Shown piece after piece: positions 1 through 9,000 of a stretch of DNA of 41,421 bases; positions within the stretch are counted from its first letter, which is position 1, and each line of letters begins with the position of its first letter. The stretch is from Patescibacteria group bacterium (lineage in GTDB: Bacteria > Patescibacteriota > WWE3 > 9FT-COMBO-53-11): positions 1 through 41,421 of the forward strand of contig BTRF01000001.1 in the NCBI GenBank assembly GCA_036986255.1, written 5' to 3'. The notes beneath the pieces were generated by a model. The model made no database searches. It was not told where the DNA came from and saw only the letters and a program-made list of their open reading frames with translations. The position numbers and the translations under genes are program-made.

Positions 1-3000
1 ACCCTCTCCATCAACACGGCTACCAACCGTCCCGTCATCTTCGGGGCCGGGCTGGTCACGGCGAACAACTTTACTTCTTCGGGGGCGGTGATCACGGGGG
101 GATCGATTGATGGCACTCCCATCGGCGCGGGCACGCCCTCTTCAGGGGCTTTTACGACTTTATCGGCCAACTCGGATGTGGACTTTCTCTTCGCCGGGGC
201 GGAGAACTTAGGAACCTCCGGAACCGTGTCGGGCACCGCGGGGGTGGATCTGATCTCGGCTTCGCTGACCAACGACACTACCAGCGGGAACCAGCGTCTG
301 CTGGTCCTCACCAACACGGGAACGGGGGTCACCGAGAACGGACTTCTCATCTCCAACACGGGAACGGGGACGACGGCGATGGAGATCTCGGGAACTTGGG
401 GAACGGGGATCCTGACCAATAATAACTCCATCAATGCGGGAACCGGTTCGATCACTTCCGGTGCTATTACTGCATCAGGGGCTTTGGCCGTAACCTCCGG
501 CGGGGCTTCCGTCACCGGGGACTTCTCGCTGGACGGGGATCTCTCCTTCACCGGCCCCCAGCAGATCACCTCTTCTACGGGGGACTTGACGGTGGACACG
601 GCCGGGAGCTTAATAATTGCGGATGCGGTGGATCTTAATAATATTTTAGACATCGATGCGGCTTCGGCTTTAGCTTTAACCGTGGGAGATGGAACTTCCG
701 ATACGCTAGTGGTGGATACCGTTGCCGATTCACTCACCGTGACCGGCGGGCTGTCCCAATTGGGCGGGGCGGCGACATCCTTTTCCGGGAATGTTACGCT
801 GGGAGATACCTCCGGAGACATGATCACCTTTTACGGCCTCCAGAACTCCAACCTGGTTCCCGCTATTCACAACTCTTACGATCTGGGCTCCCCTTCCAAC
901 AAATACGCCAACATCTACGCCGTCAATTTGATAGTGGAGTCCACTTCCGCCGAGGGGACTACGGCCAACTCCTTCATCATCAACTCCGACAATGCGACCG
1001 CCGATTTGGAGGATTCCAATCTGGAGTTCGAACGCGGAACCGAAGTTCCCAATGCGATCATCAGGTGGGACTCCGCCGGCGACGAGTTTGACTTTAACTT
1101 TCCGGCCAACATTACCTCGGCCGCTGCCCAGCTGAAGCTCTCCTTCGACGCTTCCAACTACATGACTGCAGGGGTGGCCTCGGACGGGACCGTCACCCTA
1201 AATGCGGCCGGGACGGGGGCGGGCTTCTCCTTCTCGGACGCCGTCACCGTTTCCGCCGGCAACCTGACCGTTTCGACGGGCGCTTTAACGGTTTCCGCCG
1301 GCGGGGCTTCCATCACCGGCGGGCTGTCAACAGACTCTTTAACGGTCTCGGGGACTTCCACTTTCAACGGAATCTCCACCTTCAACACCGACGCCGATTT
1401 CACTTTGGCTGAAACGGAGAACCTCAGCATCTCCAACACCGCCACCGGCACCACGGGAGTGGACCTGATCTCGGCTTCCCTGACCAACAACACCACTTCG
1501 GGCACCCAGCGGGGCTTGGCCCTCACCTTTAACGGTTCGGGAGTGACGGATGTGGGTATGATCCTAACCTACGCCGGGGGCGGTTCGGCCACCACTGCTC
1601 TGGAGATCGCGGGAACTTGGGGAACGGGGATCCTAACCAATGACAACTCCATCAATGCGGGAACGGGTTCAATCACGGGAGGGACGGGGACTTTCTCGGA
1701 GCTCAACCTCACGGGCCCGCTGACGATCACCTCCTCTACCACTCCCCAGATTTCGGTCCGCTTTGATGCCTCCAACCGCTGGGATGCCAGCGTTTCGGCG
1801 GCCGGAGCGGTGGCCTTTGACGCCTTCGGCGCCTCGGCCGGCTTTAGCTTCTCGGACAGCTTGACGGCTGCGGCCGGAGCGACCGTGGGAGACCGTGCCG
1901 GAACGGACACATTCGTGATGGACGCCTTGGGAACTGCCGACGGCACGTTCACCACCTACGACTCCAACCTTCTCCAATTCACGGCCAGCTACTGGGATGG
2001 GTTTGCCGCTCAGGATATTACCGCAGGCATCTTCCTGGACGCCGTCTCCACCGCGCCGGAATACGGCTTGGCTCTTCAGACTGCCGGGTCGACCCGCATA
2101 TTCGTGGACGAGGGCGGTTTTGTGGGTATTGGGGACTCGTCCCCGGCAGCCCATTTGGTAGTAGGGTCCGACGCCGGAGCCAACTACGCCAACGGGGTGG
2201 GAGATGTCTATGTTCAAAACGACTTGGAGGCGGATGGGACGATTTACGCCGGGACGATTATCCTTCCCAGCTTTACTCCCGGGTCGGTGATCTTTGCCGG
2301 AGCCGGCGGTACGCTAGCGCAAGATAATATCAACTTCTTTTGGGACGATACCGCTAAGGAGATTGGGATTGGGACGAATACTCCCGGCTACAAGTTGGAG
2401 GTGGTTGGGGATGCGCGGGTAACGACCAATCTCAGCTTTGGCACGGTCGGGGCTTATCTGGCCGGCGGCAGTCAAGGGGGAAGCATTGAGCTGGGGCCCG
2501 CCAACAGCGGAGCCGGGGAGACGCCTTTCATTGATCTCCACTACGGGGTTGGGACGGCTCAGGACTACAACTACCGCGTGGTCAACTCCGGCAACAATAT
2601 TCTGGAGTTTAAAGAATCCACTGGAGGGACTACGATGGTGATTAACGCCGGCCAAGTGGGGATTGGAATAGGGAGCGTTCCGGAGCAGAGGCTCCATGTC
2701 GGCGGGAATATCGCCGTGACCAATAATCAGGCCTTTATGGCCCGGAACGTCGGGGATACGGCCTACTACGAGCTGGCCAAGCTGGACAACACCGATCTGG
2801 CCCGCTACGGCAACTCAACTTTAAACATTGACATCACTCTCGGCGAGGTTGGGATTGGCATTACCAACCCGACCGGCAAGCTTCAGGTGGTTGGGGGTGA
2901 GGTTCGCATTGGAAACGCCGGAACGGTTGATTACGCCGCGGGGGACGGCGACCTCTATGTGGAAGATGTTTTGGAGGTGGATGGCGCATCATACCTTTCG

Positions 3001-6000
3001 GGTGTGACGGCAGGAGCGACCTCCCTCTCTGGCAACCTTACCCTTCTTAAGACCAACACGGCCACCTCCATCACCCAATACCCCTCCTATGACGCTATCT
3101 TCCAGGGCTCGGGCTGGGACACCACTCTGGTTGCTCCCGCCGATCTCACAGGGAGGTTGAGGGTAATCGCCGGATCGGGAGCGACCGGATCAATTCCCTA
3201 CCGCCTCGGAATTTTTGACAACACCCCCGCCGAGTTTGTTACCTTCGATCTCCTCAACCAAAGGGTGGGGATTGGGGCGGCGAGTCCAGGAGCGAAGCTG
3301 GATGTTCGGGGCGGGGCTGTCTTCAATGAAGACGCCGCTAATGAAGATTTCCGCGTGGAGGCAGTCAGCAACCCCTACGCTCTTTGGGTGGACGCCGATT
3401 ACAACACCAACCGTGGTGCTATCTTCCACAACCAATGGACCTCGACAACCGGACAGGTTGAACTCTCTACCTCTGGGTCCCTTTACGGGCAGGTGTATCT
3501 AAGATCGGGCTTTAACGCCGGATCCAGAAGAGCGTTTTTACGAGCCGCAGCGGCTGGCCAAATTTCTCTTAGCTTGGGGGATGGGTTAATCGGCGGGGAC
3601 TTTGTCCAGTATAGAACTGATGCCGGTGCTCAACAAGTTTATTTTGATTCCGACGCCGCCGAAAGCGTCGTGGGGCATACTTTTTACGCCCGACTGCAAG
3701 TAGGTTCAACTGCTCCTATTATCCTTCAAGGCGATAACGCCACTATTGCGTCCACAGTTGGGAATTTGACGCTTGATCCTATCGGCAGTCTGGTTATCAA
3801 CTCAGGCACAATTGACCTCTCGGGCCAGACCGTAGATGTGACCCTGAATAATGCTGTCGACGCGTTGAATTTCGACAGCAACACCCTGAGCATAGATGCA
3901 TTAAACGACAGCGTCGGCATCGGGACAACTAGTCCCTCTCAAAAACTAGTAGTTAAGGGTAGCGCTAGCGGTGACACTGGAATATTCCGGCTAGAGAACG
4001 ACAATACAGCAGATGGTTACAACATCTTCAGAAAGGATAGTACGGGGTTTCTGCACTTCGTTGGAAACCAGGCAACATACAGCGGCTACCGTTTCTTTGT
4101 GAATGACGCTACTGAAGTTTTGACAATATTAAATAATGGCAACGTCGGCATCGGGACTACAGCGCCTGGGTACAAGTTACATGTAAATTCTAGTTCTGCT
4201 GCAAATCCACTTTATGTTAGTTCCGGTGTATATAACAATGTCGCGGCTTTTATAAGCACAGATGATGGTGCGGTATTAACTTTGTCAGATAATGATACGA
4301 ACTCGTATATAAACGCACAAAATGGATACACATCCATAGGCGGCGCAAATAATCTGAATGCTACTAACTTGAATATTAACAATACATCTGGCAACGTCGG
4401 GATTGGGACGACGGCGCCGAGAGGTAAGCTAGATGTTGTTACCTCAACCACAAACGGGAATAATGTCTCAAGCTATTTTGGTCCGAACTACAGCTTAACC
4501 TTAGCAGGAAGACAAGATAATGATGCCGCAGCCTCAATACTCCAGAATGCTTTCGCAGAATATAATACGACAGGAGCAGCTACTTATAAATGGATAACCA
4601 CTCACGCTTCATTTGGAAGTAGAGGAATAGAATTCGGCTATGGAGCCACCAATGGTATAAAATTTTACGCCGATTCAGCAGCCACAACTGCCAATACAGC
4701 TTTTACTCCCACAGAAAGAATGAGAATAACAAACGCGGGCAACGTTGGGATCGGGACGACGAGTCCAGGTGGCACCTTAGATGTTCGTGGAGATGCATAT
4801 TTTACATCTGATTCATCCGTAGCTATAACTGCTAATGCAAGAATGTCTGCCAATGCAGGAACAAATGATAATTTGGTATTAAATGGAAAAGGGACTGGCG
4901 GAATATATTTGAATTGGGACAAAGGAACCGGTGGTGTGCATGTAGGAGCTGGTAGTACATCTGAAATATTTACAATCTTAAATTCCGGCAACGTTGGGAT
5001 CGGGACGACGAATCCAGGAACAAAGCTTGAAGTTAATGGCGAAGTTACACTCCCCTCTATCAAAGCCAGCACTAGTTTATACAATGGTACTGATATTAAC
5101 GACGCAGTTGCTCATAAAGTTTTTTTCAAAATTCCTCCTGGATCTGGTGTACCGCAATACTACAAGATTGCTAGAATTAAACTTCTAGGTACTTATGCAC
5201 AAAGTCTATTAACCGGTTGGATAAATTCCAGTGGTACTGCTCAGGTGGGTTATGAAAAAACCGCCTATTTTACCATAAAAGCTTACACTCAAGGTACGGA
5301 AACGACAAGTTTTTTAAACTACTCTAAACAAGGCGAAAATACTTCCAATATTATGGTTTATAAAATAGACGACGGGGACGGTTCCGGTCATGATTATTAT
5401 GATGTTTATGTCAATACTTATTGGTATAGCAATGCTGTTGGTGAAATAACTATTATTGGAAAACAGTATGGTAACTCCGCTGTTACGGTCTGGCAAACCG
5501 GATTGGATAGTGGCTCCTCCCCCCCTAGCTCCGGTACTCTGCAAGTTGCTAATGCAAATTATAATTTCGATACTACAGGCAACGTCGGCATCGGGACGAC
5601 GGCGCCGGGGGCAAAATTAGATGTTGCTGGCGGGGCAATAAGAACAGATAATCAGCTTATCTCCACGGTGGTCACAGGGACCGCCCCGCTGTCCGTCGCC
5701 TCTACCACTTTAGTTACCAATCTTAATGCTGATCTTTTGGATGGATACAGTTGGGGCAACGTACCGGACGGGACCGATATTTGGGTCAACGAATCTGGAG
5801 ATACAATGACAGGAACGCTTACCAGCTCTGTCGGGACTGGATCAAACCGTTTTGATTGGACTGGCGGAGCGATGAGAAGAATGACAGATCAGGGCGGGTT
5901 CTCTTTGTATTCTGATAGTTCGGTTTTGTTCCATGCTGGTGATAATGGAGTTACTTTAATATCCGATTTAGGAATTACCAACGCAACTACAACTGAAATT

Positions 6001-9000
6001 CTGTACCTAACAGCGGATAACGCTGTTAAGATAATTACTAACAGGCAGACTGATTATGCGTCATCTAAAACTTTTACATTTGCCACTAGCGGTGATTTAA
6101 CTATTCCTGGCGACCTGACGGTGAGCGGAGGGGATGTCACCGGAATTGGCGGGGCGGCAATTGATCTTGGTGAAACTGCTTCTGGAGATATTTACATGAC
6201 TGGGGATGTTGACATTGCTGGCCACCTGGCGGTTGGGGCAAATGGGGTAATAGGTACTAACAACCTCATTGACATCGACGAAACCATGTCTACCAATGCA
6301 AACACTATGGGCATACGCCTTGAACCAACATTCAACTATACAGCTACGGCAAATAGGACCAACTATGGATTATTGGCTCTTGCCCAAGCAAACACCGTCA
6401 ACGAAAGCACATTCAACGTTGATGTCAGAGGAATTCAGGGTGAAGTATCGGTAGACGGTACCTCAACCCTCAATGATGCCTGGGGAGGATTTTTCCTTGT
6501 TGACCAAAACAGCACCACCGGCCAAATTGACACGGCCCAGGCAGTCAGAACCGACCTTCAAGTGGCTTTATCAACAACAATAACTAATGGCTATGGAATT
6601 TATACTAATTTAACTAACTCCGGCACAATCACCAACTATTATGGCCTTAGAATTGCTGATGTGATCGAAGGTACTCAAACCAATGCTTACGCCATTTACA
6701 TAGACGAGGGTGATGTTATTTTGGATGGGGATGGAAATGGTATTGCCGGAGGAACCAACGCTGGTTCGGATCTCTTTTTCGGAGAAGGACGTGACGCCGC
6801 TATTTGGTACGATGGGGCAGATTTAAATATCGATCCTCAAATCGTCGGCACAGGAGATCTAGTAGTACCAAACGGCAACGTCGGGATTGGGACGACTTCG
6901 CCTGGGTATAAGCTAGAAGTTGAAGGAACTGCAAATATTGATGCAGGCGCGTATGAATTAGATGTTTTAAATACAGGTCTTGGTGTAACCTCATCTGGTG
7001 TATATGGCGGAGATGATGGAACTAAAAAAGCAGTTTATCATTTTGGTGGAGCTGGTGCGGATCTAAGAGTCGGTCCTTCCTATGTTTCGGACAGGGACTA
7101 TATTGAACTTCAAGCTGGAGGAACTGTTTCTTCTGTGGTTACTGTAAATGAGAGATTAGACATATCTAACTCAGGAGGTGATATTACATTGAGTCCATCA
7201 GGCAACGTCGGCATCGGGACGACGACACCAGGAACGAAGCTGGATGTTGCTGGTGGACCGATAAGGACCGACAACCAGCTTATCTCCACGGTGGTCACGG
7301 GGACCGCCCCGCTGTCCGTCGCCTCTACCACGTTAGTTACCAACCTCAATGCGGATTTGTTGGACGGTAGACACGGCTCTGGGTTTTTATATTACAGTAC
7401 GGGAGGTTCACTTGATGTAAATAGCACACCAGGGTACTCACAGCTTTATGTCGGTTCATCTGGTACTTGGACTAATAGGGGGCCAACGGGAAACAATGCT
7501 AGTGCGCTGTTTAGCCTAAATACCCATCCTGGTGACTATTACAGCCAGATATGGTTTGATACTGCCGGAGATACCTTATACCACCGCTCAAAAAATGCAG
7601 GGGCTTGGCGAGGCTGGAATGAAATTTGGACTTCTGGCAACGACGGCTCGGGTTCGGGCCTGGATGCGGATTTGTTGGATGGATGGAACTTGGCCACAGC
7701 CTCCACAGGAAATACTGTAGTTGGCAGAAACGGATCTGGAGATATTAATGCTCGACTTTTTAGATCAGAATACGACACCACCAATGCCACCATTAATTAC
7801 ATTATGACCCAGATTGACACCGTTTCTAATAACTATATTCGTCCATCAACCCCAGCTCAGTTAGTAACAGGACTTGGATTAGAAGCCGGCGGCAGCAGAG
7901 ATATTTGGGTAGAAAAAGCCGGGGATACGATGAGTGGGGCGCTCTCTTTCGGCAGTAGCATGCTTAATGAACTGACTCCAAGATTTATCGTCTATGATGA
8001 TAGCTTCAACGCCAGTTACATGACATACGGCGTCGACGCTGTCACAAGATATAAAGCTACTAGTAATTTTATGTGGAAATCTGTACCTACAGGGGCAACG
8101 CGACTATCTGCTGCCGGTACGCAGACTATGGTCTTGGACACGGCAGGCAATCTGACGGTGGGTGGCAATCTGACAGTGAGTGGGAGAAACATCTATCTTG
8201 GGTCGCAAAGACTTTATGGGGATAACAACGCTTACCTCAATTGGTACGGCAATCATAGTACTACTACTGGTATGCAATTCCGCGACCTGGAAGGCTCTCT
8301 TTATGGATATGTTTATGGTGATGGTAATGGTGCTAACTTCGGTCTGCTGAACTCCGCCGGAGGCTGGCGGGTGAGGGTTGATGCCTCAAATGTAGAGCTA
8401 TACGGCGGAGTCTACATGGGCACTGCATACGCCAGCATCCTCTACGACCGCAACAACACTGGCTACTATGTGGACCCAGCCTCTGGACTCTCAGCCAACT
8501 TCGCCGGCTACATCGACGCTACTTACTTCAGGGATGAAAACAACACCGGCTACTATGTGGATCCGGCGAGTACGAGCAATCTTAATGCGGCAAATTTTGC
8601 CGGCACAGTTGCCGCCAACAACGGTATCAGTGTTGATGGTAGTACTGTTATTGACAACGGCGCCGGCTGGCACCGATCCTATAATGCTACTGGCTGGTAC
8701 AACGGGACGTACGGTGGCGGTGTCTGGATGGATCAATCTACCTATGTACGAGTCTATGGTGGTAAAGGCTTCACCGTTCCGGGCAGCGTCGGCATAGGGA
8801 CGACGAGTCCGGCTACGAATTTAGCTCTTGGTGACTCTTCAAGTACGGTTGCCAGTAGATCAATTCGTCTTTATGGGTATGCCGCCGCCGCTACTGGTTA
8901 CTTTGAAATCTCAGCGAGCGGCAACTGGGCACAGCTTTACAATTCGAGAGGGAATGTTGCCTTTAAGATGGGTACCGATAACCAGTATCAATTTCTTAAT

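Noticed and set aside
915-3502. Numerous long ORFs (60-180 aa) antisense to, or out of frame with, the giant gene, for example 1669-2217(-), 1569-1955(-), 2314-2697(-) and 3215-3502(+).
   Set aside because: They lie entirely within the GC-rich part of a 10-kb ORF that has clear repeat motifs. Their translations are low-complexity (Pro/Arg/Gly/Val/Ala-rich). They disappear where the gene becomes AT-rich. They are an expected by-product of stop-codon depletion in GC-rich DNA.
5578-7369. Diversity-generating retroelement (template/variable repeat pair) in the giant surface gene.
   Set aside because: Mismatches between the two 169-nt copies involve all base types rather than adenine-specific substitutions. 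No reverse transcriptase gene is present in the window.
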